The notes: generated from the letters alone by a model not told the origin. A stretch of 64,000 nt of DNA from the human T2T-CHM13v2.0 reference genome, Homo sapiens (GCF_009914755.1 NC_060929.1); one strand, 5' to 3'; counted from the stretch's first letter, positions 1 through 24,166 are shown. Numbers and translations are program-made.

Positions 1-514
1 AGGGAAATTCCTAGTTTTATGGCTTGAGAAACTTTCTTTGCACTTTAAAAATATTAGTGTTCTCTAGGCAACTATATCCCTGGCCATTTTCACTCTTTTT
101 TTCCCCTGGGTGATGTTATTGATTCTTTCATAGCTTCATTTGTCACCTGTAATAATACTCTTCAAATCCCCAGTCCAGATCTGTCTTCCAGATTTCAAAT
201 CCACATTTCCAGCTGTCTGCTGGACATTTTCATCTTTCCAGGATATATTTCCCACATATCCAAAATGGACTTTCCCTTTTTCCTACCAAATCATATGTTC
301 CTTCTAAGTATTTTCCCTAACCCAGTCATCCAGAGTAAAAACCTGGGAATTTTCCACTCCTTTTCCACAATTCCCAGCGTTCAGTTGGTGGTTCTTTCAA
401 CCAACATTGAAGTCCTGCTGGAGCCAGGAATCGTGGTAGATGGTGAACCTGTATCGCGGAGCCTAAGTGGGAGCAGATGATACACAGGTCATTGCAAAGC
501 CGAGTTCAGGGCTA

Positions 515-5859
<5,345 letters not shown>

Positions 5860-6189
5860 CAATGTTACTCAATATTTTGAAACCTGAATTGTGTGCCAAA
5901 AAATCACAGTTACATATAATCAAAAATTAACTTATCAGTTGACAACTTGGTTAGTCTTTTAATTTCATTGAAAACTAAGAATTAGAAACCATCCGACTTG
6001 CAAAAGGATTTATCTAGTCATTAGTCTTCACTCTCAGTGAGAAATATAACAAAAAGCCTTTAGCAAGTCTTATAAATTGGTTATTGATTATGCCTGCTAT
6101 TCTTTCAGTTAAGAGGTACCTTGTTTCTTTCTTTCTTTGTTATTTCCCAGCCGCCTACCCCTGAAACAGAGTCTCAGGCTGGGTTTATT

Positions 6190-6340
6190 TTTATTTTTGG
6201 TAGAGACGAAGTCTTGCTCTGTCTCCCAACCTGGAGTGCAGTGGCTATTCATAGGTGCTATCATGGTGCACTACAGCCTTCAACTCCTGGGCTTAGCTCC
6301 CTAGTAGCTGGGATTACAGATGTGTGCCAATGCACCTGGC
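6190..6340 (-). mobile_element. FAM / 7SL-derived monomer
   Basis: ggagtgcagtggctattcataggtg is the antisense of the 7SL/FAM cacctgtgaatagccactgcactcc segment. Confidence 0.65.
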
Positions 6341-6624
6341 TTTCACACTTTTAATTAGTGTGTTTTTGCTGTTCTGTATTAGACTATGAGCAACTTAAGA
6401 GCAAGACCAAGAGTCTGGCATTGTACCTGCTGTATTTGGCAGTCATCAAGCATCTGTTGACTGTGTGTTAATGGTATTATAGAAGGTGCTCTGAAGTGAG
6501 AGTCAGAAGCTGTATGGCTTTGGGCTAGGACCAGTTGGGAAGTGGAGTTGGTAGAGGTAAGGCAGGAGGTCCTGATTTGCACATCCATGTTTAGGGCTTC
6601 ATTGATCACACTAGGAGGGAGCGA

Positions 6625-7640
6625 CCTGAATGTCCATCACAGATGAATGGATAAAGAAAATGTGGCATATCCATACAACAGAATATTATTCAGCCTTAAA
6701 AAGGAAGGAAATAGGCTGGGCACGGTGGCTCATGCCTGTAATCCCAGCACTTCGGGAGGCCGAGGCGGGCGGATCACGAGGTCAGGAGATCGAGACCATC
6801 TTGGCTAACACGGTGAAACCCCGTCTCTACTAAAAATACAAAAAATTAGCCAGGTGAGGTGGTGGGCACCTGTAGTCCCAGCTACTTGGGAGGCTGAGGC
6901 AGGAGAATGGCGTGAACCCCGGGAGGCGGAGCCTGCAGTGAGCCGAGATTGTCCCACTGCACTCCAGCCTGGGCGACAGCGAGACTCCATCTCAAAAAAA
7001 AAAAAAAAAAAAAAAAAAGAAGGAAATACTGTTCTATGCTGCAACATGATCTTTGAGGACATTATGCTAAGTGAAATAAGACAGTCACAAAAAATAAATA
7101 TTGCATGATTCTACTTATTTGAGATGTCTAAAATAAACTCATAGAAACAGAAAGTAGAATGGTAGTTGTCATGGGCTCGGGGAAGAGATAGGGGAGTTGT
7201 TCATGGATATAACTAGATGAGTAAGTTCTACTTACACAACAATGTGCATTTGGTTAACACTATTGCATACTTTATTTACTAATTTTTTTGACATGGAGCC
7301 TCACTCTGTCGCCCAGGCTGGAGTGCAGTGGTGATATCTTGGCTCACTGCAGCCTCTACCTCCTGGATTCAAGCGATCCTTGTGTCTCAGCCTCCTGAGT
7401 AGCTGGGACTACAGGTGCCTGCCACCACGCCTGGCTAATTTTGTATTTTTAGTAGAGATGGGATTTTGCCATGTTGGCCAGGCTGGACTCGAACTCCTGA
7501 CCTCAAGTGATCCACCCACCTCAGCCTCTCAAAGTGCTGGGATTACAGCCATGAGCCACTGCACCCAGCCGACTACTGTATACTTTAAAAAGTTAAGATG
7601 GTAAATTTTATGTTCTGTGCCTTTGACCACAGTTTTTGAA
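6625..7640 (+). mobile_element. L1M (L1MA/MB-type) 3' end interrupted by two Alus
   Basis: aatgtccatcacagatgaatggataaagaaaatgtgg..ctaagtgaaataag..aaagtagaatgg. The AluY-like insertion at about 6714-7020 has TSD gaaggaaata. Confidence 0.8.
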
Positions 7641-7679
7641 AAGTGAGACAGAAACTGTGATTTTATAAACCACATGCCC

Positions 7680-8493
<814 letters not shown>

Positions 8494-10152
8494 TAGTAGA
8501 GACAGGATTTCTCCACGTTGGTCAGGCTGGTCTTGAACTCCCAACCTCAAGTGATCCGCTTGCCTCGGCCTCCCAAAGTACTGGGATTACAGACGTGAGC
8601 CACCGCACCCAGCAAATTTTTGTATTTTTAGTACAGAAGGGGTTTCACCATGTTGGCCAGGCTGGTCTTGAACTCCTGACCTCTAGTGATCCACTCATCT
8701 CGGCTTCCCAAAGTGGTGGGATTACAGGCCTGAGCCACTGTGCCTGGCCGAAAAAGGTTTAAAAAATTTAAATGTCATACTCCTTCTCAAGAAGCTACTG
8801 GAAGATGTGTTCCACCAAATTGAAAGACTAAATCATGAAAGAGTAAGACACAGATACAGCAAACAGGAGCCCAACACAGTAGACATGGCCTGGGAGGCCC
8901 ACAGAGGATGGCGAGAAGTGATCCTAGGGTGGCGGCTCTGCACCAGACGTGGAGGGCAACTGAGCCATACTGCAGCAGTGCAACCCACCGAGAGGTGAAG
9001 GCAGGCCATGGTGAGCTTAGAAACAGGAAGTACAGGGCAGCCCCCTTGCTCTGACTGTATTTCCACTGCAGGTCCAGCGCCTGGTCCCCACCTTGGCCCT
9101 GCCTGGTGCCTGACTATGCTGAGCCCTGTGTTTCCCAAAACTCCAAGATCTTGCTCACGACTTCCTCAGGAGGGGCTTTGTCAGCTCCCGGAGAAGCAGA
9201 AGTCAGATCACAACCTGGAGATTGATGCGCTCACCTCCTGGAGCCTCCATCCAGCAGGGGCAGTGCTGCCCTCTCCTTGCACTGCCAGTGTGCACCTGCT
9301 CTCCGCTTTAATATTAATCATCTTTGATATTCATTTACATGTAGTTATAATAGCTGCCCAAATAGTGAAATAGTAAATAAAATTACCAAATGATCTTCTG
9401 TGGATGTGGCCATGTGCTCTTATCTCCTGCGGATTCTTGCTTAGACTTCACATGCTTACTCTGTGAGCCCTTTCCTGAGCACCTTATTTGGAATCATAAG
9501 TCCCACCAACTCTCTCTTTGAGTGATTTGTTTTCTCGGGAGTACGTCTCAGCTAGAATATAGGCTCTAGGAGAGCCTGTGGTTTTGTTTGCTTGTTTCTC
9601 TGCTGTATCCCTAGGGCCCAGAGAGTGGCTGGCTCAGTCAGCTCTCAATAGATTTTTTTTGTTTTTGTTTTAAGACAGGGTCTCTTGACTCCCAGGCAGG
9701 AGTACAGTGGCCCGATCTAGGCTCACTGCAACTTCTGCTTCCCGGGCTCAAGCTATTCTCCTGCTTCAGTGTCCTGAGTAGCTGGGATTACAGGTATGAG
9801 CCACCATGTCCGGCTAATTATTGTATTTTTTGTAGAGGTGGGGTCTTGCCGTGTTCCCCAGGCTGGTCTCGAACTCCTGAGTGCAAAGCAATCCGCTTGC
9901 CTGGGACTCCCAAAGTGCTGGGATTACAGGCCTGACGGCTCTCAGTAGATTCTTATTGGATAAATTGAATGAGATGATGAGGAAGAGTTTGCTAGAAAGA
10001 GAAAGGTGGGCAAGGATGACGATTCCCAGCAAGGAGGCAGCTGGCACAGAGCCACAGTGCCTGCTGTATGGAGCCCTTTGTGCAGTAAGGAGCTGCTGCT
10101 GGGCCCAGGCGGCAGGTCCCGGGGGCTTCCCTTATCTTCAGTGCTGTCCTGA

Positions 10153-10421
<269 letters not shown>

Positions 10422-10479
10422 TAAAGTGCTGGGATTACAGGCGTGAGCCACCGTGCCCAGCTGGCTACTTTCTATAGTT

Positions 10480-11735
<1,256 letters not shown>

Positions 11736-12371
11736 TTGAGTAATGAGTACGTTTGTACTGTGTTGAGTTTAACACTTTATTAGATACTCTTTTTTTTTTT
11801 TTTTTTTTTTTTTTTGAGATGGAATCTCGCTCTGTCGCCCAGGCTGGAGTGCAGTGGCGTGATCTCAGCTCACTACAAGCTCCGCCTCCCGGGTTCACGC
11901 CATTCTCCTGCCTCAGCCTCTGGATATTACTCTTTATGTCCTCTTTCATCTGTGGAACTCATTTATTTTATTTTATTTTTTTGAGAAGGAGTCTCACTCA
12001 GCTGCCCAGGCTGGAGTGCAGTGGTGCAATCTCGGCTCACCGCAACCACCATCTTCCAGATTCAAGTGATTCTCCAGTCTCAGCCTCCTGAGTAGCTGGG
12101 ATTACAGGCACCCGCCATCATGCCCAGCTAATTTTTGTATTTTAGTAGAGACAGGGTTTCACCATGTTGGCCAGGCTGGTCTTGAACTCCTGACCTCAGG
12201 TGATCCGCCCGTCTTGGCCTCCCAAAGTGCTGGGATTACAGGCGTGAACCACAGCACCTGGCCCATCTGTGGAACTCTTATCTCACTGTCACTTCACAAT
12301 CATTGGAACAGGAAAGACTGTATTTATAATTACTGATTTCAGTTTGCTCACCTAAATCCTAGATGCTATTT

Positions 12372-12375
<4 letters not shown>

Positions 12376-12422
<47 letters not shown>

Positions 12423-12433
12423 CGCGCGCGTGC
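12376..12433. repeat. Compound (TG)19(CG)8 microsatellite
   Basis: Directly visible uninterrupted purine-pyrimidine alternation. Confidence 0.97.
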
Positions 12434-13367
12434 TGGGGTGAAGGAGTCCTGAATTCACATTGTCTGTCTTTGGCCTCTGGCAATCTGCCTTCTGATTTCA
12501 CTACTCAATTAAACCAGTCTATCTTGACATCTTTAATGCGTTTTTACTTTTATTACCCTCCGTGCTACGTTTGATAATATTTCAAATTTTTCTCCTTAAG
12601 ATAGAATTGCTGCACTTAACTCCCAGATCCATTTGGACAAGTAGATTCAATTGTTTTATTTGTAAAGGGAATAAGGGTGTCCAGCTTGGTCAAAGGAGTT
12701 TGAGGAGTACATGCATGTTCTGGACTTACACACCGAGTGATTGATGCCTCGAAGAAAGCGAATGGCAAAGGATTAAGACAGTAGTGGATGAGATGAATCG
12801 GGGGGGAGAAGTGTTTCTGTTTGGGTTGTTTTATTATTATTATTATTTTTTTTTTTTTTTTTTTTTTTTGAGGCAGAGTTTCGCCCTTGTTGCCCAGGCT
12901 GCAGTGCAATGGTGTGCGATACTGGCTCACTGCAACCTCCGCCTCCCGGGCCCGGGTTCAAGTGATTCTCCTGCTTCAGTCTCCCAAGTAGCTAGCTGGG
13001 ACTACAGGTGTACACCATGGTGCCTGGCTAATTTTTTATTTTTAGTAGAGATGGCGTTTCACCATGTTGGTCAAGCTGGTCTCGAACTCCCGACCTCAAG
13101 TGATCCACCCACCTCGGCCTCCCAAAGTGCTGGGATTACAGGCGTGGGCCACCTTGCCTGGCCTTGTTTGGATTGTTTTAGAATGTAAAATTGGGCTGGG
13201 CACAATGGCTCACGCCTGTAATCTCAGCACTTTGGGAGGTCAAGGTGGGTGAATCCCTTGAGCCCAGGGGTTTGAGAGCAGTCTGGGTAATATGGTGAAA
13301 CCCCATCTCTAAAAAAATGCAAAAATTAGCTGGGTGTGGTGGCTCCATCTGTAGTCTCAGATACTCA

Positions 13368-13520
<153 letters not shown>

Positions 13521-13835
13521 TCACGCCTGCAGTCCTAGCCTTTTGGTAGGCCAAGTCAGGAGGGCTGCTTGAGGCCAGGAGTTCCAGATCAGCTTGGGAA
13601 ACATAATGAGACCCCATTTATTTGAATAGTAAAAAATTAGCTGAGTATGGTGGCGCATGCCTGTAGTGCTAGCTACTGGGGAGACTGAAGTGGGAAGATA
13701 GAGCTCGGGAGGTGGAGGCTGCAGTAAGCTAGGATCACCCCACTGCACTCCAGCCTGAGTGATAGAGCAAGACCCTGTCTCAAAAAGAAAAAAAAAATGT
13801 GAAATTGAGCATATATTTGAAAGAAGCCACTACCA

Positions 13836-14020
13836 CAGTGGTTCTCAAACTTGGCCTTTGTCAAAATCACCTGAAGGGCTGACTAAAACCACTTTCTGTG
13901 CCCCACGCTTAGAGTTTCTGACTCAGTGAGTATGGGGTAGTGCCTGGGAATTTGCATTTCCAATAGATTCCCAGGTGATGCTGATGCTACTGGCCTGGGA
14001 TCACACTTAGAGAACCACTG
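13836..14020. mobile_element. MER5A (hAT-Charlie) MITE
   Basis: Perfect 11-bp TIRs cagtggttctc / gagaaccactg; about 185 bp; internal gaatttgcatttc..ccaggtgatgctgatgc. Confidence 0.85.
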
Positions 14021-14802
14021 CTCTAGAACAAAACAAATTCAAGTTATTTTTGAGATGAAGAGGGGACGAATTTGAAGGACAGAAAGTCTCAGATGAGGCA
14101 GGTCCAGAGGGAATAAGAAGGTGCAGCTGAAGGGAGTTAATCTTTGCAAGGAGAAGTGCTTCCCTCTTACAGAAGAGAGAAAGAAAAGAGTTGATAAGAC
14201 GCTAAAAGGTTTTGAGGTGAAAGAGAGGCATATTTAAGGGAGTCACCTAAGTTGGACTTTGAGACACAGCTTTAAATCAAATAGATCTGTGTCCAAATCC
14301 TGGTTCAGCAGTCACACTCACATTCCAAGTTGTATAACTTCTCCAAGCCTTAGTGCCTTTATCTTGAAATTCAGGATAACCGAACAGCACTTAGCCTGTA
14401 GGTTGTTGTGAAGATTGAGTGATGAGCTAGTACTGCTTCCTGTTAGTGAGCAGAGAGAGCGAGCCTGGGAAACAAAAAGACAAAGAACAGAGTGACCTTG
14501 ACTGTAGCAGTGGGGGAGGTGGGAAAGTTAACTGTGAACTTTCACTGGATACCTGTAATTTGCTGAGCATTAGACTTGGCCCTGGGGATGAAAAGGGCAA
14601 GGCTTTGGTCTTCAGGGATGGAAGGAGATGCAGAGAAAGTGAACATGTACAGTACGACACAAATGCTTTACCACAAACATGAAACGTAGTATTGTATACA
14701 AAGTACTGTTAGAGCATTAGGGATAGAATAAGGAATTTGACCAGCAGTAGGATAAGTGGTTGGAGAGAAAACACTGCAGAGTTGATGTTTGAGCTAAATG
14801 AA

Positions 14803-15306
14803 GCTTGTCCAGCCTGCGGCCGAGATGGCTTTGAATGCAGCCCAACACAAATTCATAAACTTTCTTAAAACACTATGAGATTTATGCATGGACCTTTTTT
14901 TTTTTTTAAGCTCATCAGCTACTATTATTGTTAGCTTATTTTATTTGTGGCCCAAGACAGTTTTTTTTTTTTTTAAGACAGAGTCTCATTCTGTCACCCA
15001 TGCTTGAATGCAATGGCGTGATCTCAGCTCACTGCAACCTCTACCTCCCAGGTTGAAGCAGTTTTCCTCCTTCAGCCTCCCGAGTAGCTGAGATTACAGG
15101 AGCCCACCACCACGCCCAGCTAATTTTTTGTATTTTTAGTAGAGAGAGGGTTTCACCATGTTGGCCAGGCTGGTCTCGAACTCCTGACCTCGTGATCCAC
15201 CTGCCTCAGCTTCCCAAAGTGCTGGGATTACAGGTGTGAGCCACCATGCCTGGCAGTTTTTCTTCTTTCAGTGTGGCCCAGGGAAGCCAAAAGATTGGAC
15301 ACCCCG
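14803..15306 (+). mobile_element. MER30 split by an antisense Alu (about 14961-15253)
   Basis: gcagcccaacacaaattcataaactttcttaaaaca...gtggcccaagaca|Alu|gtgtggcccagggaagccaaaagattggacaccc. Confidence 0.75.
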
Positions 15307-16007
15307 AGCTAAATCTTAAAACATTAGTAGGAGGTGGCCGGTCGCGGTGGCTCATGCCTGTAATCCCAGCACTTTTGGAGGCCGAGGCAGGTGGATCACG
15401 AGGTCAGGAGATGGAGACCATCCTGGCTAACACGGTGAAACCCCATCTCTACTAAAAATACAAAAAATTGGCCGGGTGTGGTGGCGGGCGCCTGTGGTCC
15501 CAGCTGCTCGGGAGGCTGAGGCGGGGGAGTGGCGTCAACCTGGGAGGCCGAGCTTGCAGTTAGCTGAGATCATGCCACTGCACTCCAGCCTGGGCCTGGG
15601 CGACAGACAGAGCGGGACTCTGTCTCAAAAAAAAAAAAAAAAATTAGGCGGTCACCAGCCTGGAAGTATATTCTCAGTCCTGAAAGACATTCAGTTTAAG
15701 TTGGGGCCCCAAGGGAATGGCAGGGAATTCAACAGAGAAGTTAATTGGGAATCAGATCAAACAGGCCTTTATGTGCCAGGTTAAGGAGTTTGAACTTTAT
15801 CTGTAAGTAATGGGGAAATAAGACACTTAAAATGGTGCAGATATGTGTTTTATAGCGGTCACACGGATAACATCATAAAGGGTGTGTTAGATCCGAGAGA
15901 GAATAGAAACAGAAGTCAGCATGAAGTTATTTCTGTCATCTAGGATAAAAAATGACTTGAACTAACATGGGCGTAGTATGGAGGTATCTCACTGGAGAGA
16001 GATTTAG

Positions 16008-16238
<231 letters not shown>

Positions 16239-16482
16239 TGAGCTCAAGGAACCACCCACCCGCAGCCTCCCAAAGTGCTGGGATTACAGGCTGAGCCACT
16301 GTGCCCGGCTGTGAGTTTGGAATAATGACTTGCACTCTATTTACTGTTAATTTATATACAGCCTGTACAGAGCAGTGTCTGCTGTATAGGAGGACTTTGG
16401 TGAATGAGTACTCTATGAGCCCCTGAGAGCGTCTCCTTGTTCAGAGTAAAAGTTGGTATTAGAATTATAGCAATGTGGGTCA

Positions 16483-16812
<330 letters not shown>

Positions 16813-17609
16813 TCATCTAACCCAGCCATCTTCAGGTTCTAAATGGGTTATGTCTTAACGTCACACATCCAGTTAGCAATCGCCTGCATTGTTCTCATGT
16901 CTACCAAGCAACCTTCTGAGCCTCACTGGTTTCCCAAATTGGTTTTTCTCTAGTGAAGAGAATATACTGACTGCCTGCCAAGCACAAGAATCAATCTATT
17001 TAACAATTTTGTTTCTCAGTGAATTCTAACTTTGCTTATCCTGCAGGAAGAGATTGTATTGTTAAATACTTACATAGCTTTGCTTTAAAAAAATCTCTTT
17101 AAAAACTTTCCATCGAAAAAGGTGATGGTTATATGCACATAGAACTATACACATGCATTATACTGATATCAGATTCCTGGGTTTGATATTGTGCTGTAAT
17201 TACGTAAAACACAGTCATTGGGAGAAACTGGGTGAAGGGTGCACAGGACCTCTCTGTACTATCTTTGCAATTTCCTGTGAATGTATAATTATTTCAAAAA
17301 CGTTTAAATTTAAAAAGATGATGTGAAAACGTTTAGGCACCAAACTACAGAGTTTTCTGGAAAATACCGGAACTGGAACTTACCTTCTCTATGTCCTCGA
17401 CAAGTGGATTCAGTGACAGGAATGGAGCTTATAGGGATCTTTAGTTCTTATCATGCTGAGTGGTTTGTATTCTAAATCAGTGACTATTCCAAACTAGTAA
17501 GACAAATAATGTCTTTAAAAGTGGGAATTTTACTAGCAGGAATTTTAGAACGTTTAGACAGTTCTCTGATTTTTTTTTCTTTTTCTTTTCTTTTTTTTTT
17601 TTTTAATAG

Positions 17610-17897
<288 letters not shown>

Positions 17898-17899
17898 TA

Positions 17900-18031
<132 letters not shown>

Positions 18032-20140
18032 TCAAAATACAAAAATTAGCCAGGCATGGTGGCGCACGCCTGTCATCCCAGCTACCCGGGAGGCTGAGGC
18101 AGGAGAATAGCTTGAACCTGCAGAGGTTGCAGTGAGCTGAGATCGTGCCACTGCACTCCAACTGGGGCAACAGAGCAAGACTCCGACTCAAAAAAAAAAA
18201 AATTACAAAGATTGTTTGTGGCGCTGGTATGTGGGATTTCCTCACAGCACAGTTCATTTTTCTGGTAATGACAGCTGCTGGGTATCTGCGCTTCACGAAG
18301 GTGCTCCTATTTGTACGGTTTGAAACTGACTCACTCTGTCCTGCTGCTGGTGTTTGACATGCAAGCTTCTCTTTCGGCATCACTCTCGGAAGTGGGATCA
18401 ATTCACCAAGTCTGTTCTGACAAAGGGAGTCTGTCGGCAGCAGACCCCAGCATTCAGAAGGGATCCTTCTTGAGACATCAAACCTCAGGAAACCTTGTGT
18501 AATTTTCTCAGTTTCAGTGGCAATAAAACAGGAACAATGATGCTCATCCTCTAGGGTTGTTTTGAAGGTTGAGTGAGATCCTGAATTCACTGGGAATAAT
18601 AGGTTAAGAATGATTAACTGGGAATACATCATAAGTAACTGGAAATGAGGGGTCAGCAAGCACATGACTTAAGTCAGGACTTCTTCCTACAGCACTTGGT
18701 TCAGATTTGTGCTTTATCAAATTAACAAGTTGCTACTTGACATGGATTTCCCTTCCTCAAGTCACTGAAAACTTGAGTGTTTCATGAAATGGACCTACTT
18801 TACCTGAAGAGAGGGTCAGGGCTCCCGAGTGTCCTGTGGACATACAGGGACTGGGAGAGAAATGTTGACCATGGGATTGGGTTGGAATTGCCAATAGTTA
18901 ACAATTATTGCCTTAAAAACTTCTGATGTTGTAAGTCCTACCCTCACGTGGAGTCCCAGTGAGCCACGCTGGTGGAGTCCCTCTGACTCTGATGAGGAAC
19001 ACAGGTTGGGAGGGCAGGATCTCAACACATGGTTAAAATAATTCAAGTGAGAGATATGTGTGTTAATGAATGGAGAGAAGTGGGTGGGTTCAAGAAATAT
19101 TAAGGAGGTAGACTCTACAGGACTTGGGTACCAGTTGTATGTAGGGACTAAGGAGGAGCGGGAGGGAGGCTGGTTTCTGGTTTATGTGACAGGGCGGCTG
19201 GTAGTGACAGTCTTATGTGGGAACAGAGGAAAGGAAACAGGACTGGGGAGAGGCTGGCCTCAGCTTTGGACAGATGTCATCTGAGTCATCACTCAAGTGG
19301 ACAGGGGCTCAGTAGGTCTTCGGATAGACAGAAGTAAGAGCTCTGCAGAGGTGGGGCATCAGATGGCACATTTATTCACAGACACTTATCAAGTGCTGGG
19401 CACTGTCGAAGGCACTGGGGTCTCTGCTTGGCATTCTAGTGTCGGGTTAGGCCCTGACACTAGATGAGTGCCTCTGGTGAGGGGATCAGCAAGAAAGTAC
19501 TATGGTGTGGGTGGTAGGTGATGTGGATGATGGAGGAGATAAGCCACCTGAATTAGAAGCTGAGTCATCCCCAGAAAAGTTAGAGGGAAGAGGTGCTCTG
19601 GGCAAAGAGAAGAGCAGGTGCAGAGGCCCCAGGCAGCACTGAGCAGGCACATTTGAGAAGCTATAAGCTGTAAGCCAGCCGCATGACCCCAGCATGCTGC
19701 ACAGCAGGGAGGGCTATGAGGGAAGTTGGAAGGGACAAGGGCTGAGTGGATCAGCGTTTGGTTCCCAGACAGTTGGGTTTATTTGAGTGTGATGTTCAGT
19801 CATGGGAATTTGAAGGCATGGGAATGTGTGAAATCTCTCAGGTAGACTATGTAGAGTAAAAGGGGGAGAGGACTGTACTATTTGATAGAAGGGCAGGAGA
19901 AGGGGAGACTTCTCAAAGGATACTAGAAACAACCAACCATAAAAGCAGAAGAGGATACAAGAAAAGTGGTAAAGAAAAAGGGAACTTTAAAGATGGAAGC
20001 AGGCCGGGCGCAGTGGCTCATGCCTGTAATCCCAGCACTTTGGGAGGCCGAGGTGGGCAGATCACAAGGTCAGGAGATCGAGACCATCCTGGCTAACACA
20101 GTGAAACCCCGTCTCTACTAAAAATACAAAAACAAAGTTA

Positions 20141-20392
<252 letters not shown>

Positions 20393-20731
20393 CTAGCCTG
20401 GACAACATAGTGAGACTCCTGTCTCCACAAAAGCAAAAAAATTAGCCAGTTATGGTGGTTCATGCCTGTGGTCCCAGCTACTCAGGAGGCTGAGGCGGGA
20501 GGATCACTTGAGCCCAGGAGTTTGAGGCTGCCATGAGCCTTGATCATCACCCATTGTACTCCAGCATGGGTGACAGAGTGAGACCCTGTCTCTTAAAAAA
20601 AATTAATAAAGGGCTGGGTGAGGTGCCTCACACCTGTAATCCCAGCACTTTGGGAGGCCGAGGTGAGCGGATCACCTGAGGTCAGGAGTTTGAGACCAGC
20701 TGGCCAACATGGCGAAACCCCATCTCTACTA

Positions 20732-20890
<159 letters not shown>

Positions 20891-23540
20891 TCAATAATAA
20901 TAATAAAGATGAATTATTAAGTGGCAGATGATAAGAGGGAGAGGAAGGGAGTGCAGGGAGAGAGGGAAAGGAAGGACTGAAAATATGGCCTATGTGTAAC
21001 AGTAGGAAGATCATTGCTGGCCTTGGAGAAAGCAGTTCTCAACTCCTCCCTTCCTTTTCCCCACATCCCATTGATTTCCAGATTGGCCAGGAATGTAATC
21101 CATATTGCCATAGATCAAGGTGCTGGCTCTAAGGGGTGGGAACTGGTGGAGTTTGGCTGACAGGAAGATGATAGAAGAGGTAAAAAAGAGGAGGCAGGAG
21201 GAAAAGCAAATTTCCTGATGAGTAGGGCTAGAAAGGGGCATTGGCTGCCAGTGTGTAAGGAGCACTCATGAAAGAACCACGCGTGTCTTCAGCAGCTGTG
21301 TCTGTCAGCTCAGAGTGGAAGCATGTAGGTATTGTCATTTTTTGGTGAGTTTGGCCACAAAGCATTCTGGGAGTGCAGCGGTGGGTGGTTGAAGAAGGAG
21401 GAAGTGGAGATAGGCAAAGGATTATCCTTCCTATAAGGCTAGTGCATGGTGGGTGAGAGACTGACAGGATGCTGCTTAGGAGTCCAAAAGGTGTGGCCAG
21501 CTCCAGCTTGATTCAGAGCAGTGGTGGTATCCTGGAGCTCCTCTCCCAGAGCAGAGGATGGCAGGTGGCGCCTGGAGAGTGTGGCCTCCCAGCGAGGGAG
21601 CTGGCACAGGCTAGGATGGGACTTAGGTCAGCGGGGTGTCTTGGTGGAAGGCTGAGCACACGTGGTTCTCCAGCCGACCACGAGCATCTGATCATATTAT
21701 CTCCCAGGACTGGGTCCTCCTGGAACCCTGTACACTGCAGAAACTCTTCAGTAGTTACAACAGGAACCTTTGAGCTGAGCACCCAGAAGTACCAGATGTG
21801 CTGGAGCAGGCTCCTGTATTTATACGTGGCAGCCAGTCTAGTATTGCTTTATAGCACCTTCTGTGTCTGTTCTTACATAACTTTTAATCTGTTCAGGCTG
21901 TTTGCCCATCTCTATTGTGATTCTTTGAGTTCAGGCTCCAAGGCTCACTCATCCTTGCCCTGCATATCAGACACTCCTGCAAATGCTCAGGGCTTAAAAA
22001 TCTGCCGGGGCCACCACATTACACACTCCTATCCCCGTCTACGTTATTCCAGTTAAATTTTGTGAGTAGTTGACAAAATGCCCTACTGTTTCCTTTGGTT
22101 AAAAGCAATAGGTATTACAAAATTCAGTTGTTACATTGGAACTTGTCTGCAGCTGTTTGCATGTGAATATTGAATGAGGGAGTGGTAGCTTTTGTAATTG
22201 TTAGGGCAAAGAAAGATTCTGTTTCTAATCTGAGACAACCAGCTGACTCATCAAGTGCCTTGACCCTTTAGATTTCCATCTTTCTTTTTCCCCTAGGAAG
22301 ATGGAAAACTGAGCTCCCAGGTTTACAGATAGCCCAGACCTGGCACTGTGGAACAAAAGAAAATGGTAGAAAAGATGAAAATCAAGGAAATGTTAGCAAC
22401 TAATTTTTATTTCCTCTGACCATTTAAATGGGTATGAATTTACCTTCCACAAGGAAAACTTTTCAAATAATGGCTTTTTATAAAGGGTCTATTTTATGTG
22501 CGTGGTTCCCTTCCACCCCTAGGTGGCAGGAGAAAGCAGAAGAACCTGCATGAAAGTAAAGCAAACGTCCTGCAGCTGTGGGGCGGTGTTCTGAATCCTA
22601 GGATTGTTGCTTACCTCTGCCCTGCAGTTCCATTTGTCAGGCATTCCTGCGATTTTTTTTTTTTTCAGACCGACTTAGTTACCCATATATGGATTTTTAA
22701 AAATACTGACTTGGCTAGGATTTATAGAGCACTGTGTAGTCAGCTTTAACAGTTAAGAAATAAGCAAATCTTGATGTGGGGAAAAGAAGAACAGGAACAT
22801 TAGAATTGGGGATTAGAGGTTGAGAAAATGGTCCTCCCTGGTGTCCAGTGGGTAATCTGCTGTTGAGAACTGATGCCCGTGGAGTTGCCCCAGGCAGGAC
22901 GCCCAGGCCAGGGCACTTCACCTGGGCCCCTGGGGTTGGTGTGGAGAGTCAGGTGGCCTTTCTCTGCAGCCGGAGAAGCTAGCACAGGGGGCTCCCCGTC
23001 TCCTCTGAATCCTGTCTAAAGATAATAATGAGGGCTGTTACTTGGAACATTTTCTAATAACATGCTATAGATGCTTAGGGTTTATGGGAAGGGGGGATGG
23101 TACTGGGGGTGGGGGATAAAGGACAAAAACGTAATAAAGTAAACACAGGAAAGGAGCAGCATGTGTTTGGAAGCTGAGCATAGGCACTCCCTCTGAGCAG
23201 TGGAGTTGAGTCCTGACTGCAGCACATGCAGGTGAGGAAGCAGTAGAAGGAGTCCGTCTTCTGTCCCCTTCCCATCCCTTCTGACATGTTCTTATCTTGA
23301 AATCGCCGCCCCTGAACTCCCAGGGTACTTACTGTGTGCTGCTCTCACTCTGTAGCCCTGTCTGTGTATGTCCCATGTCCTGAAAGCCCACCAGAGGAGG
23401 AGCTGTCTTCTTTGTCTTTATGTTCCCCACAGCACTTGTCTCTGGCACAAGGCAGAATCTTAATAACTTCAGTGGCATGAATCCATCGAGGAGCAGATGG
23501 GAAGCAGAGTCACAGTGTCACACCAGACAGATTATGTTCA

Positions 23541-24166
<626 letters not shown>

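Noticed and set aside
21469-22056. 195-aa ORF in intron 1
   Set aside because: Probably spans degenerate L2-like sequence; no domain or exon-like boundaries.
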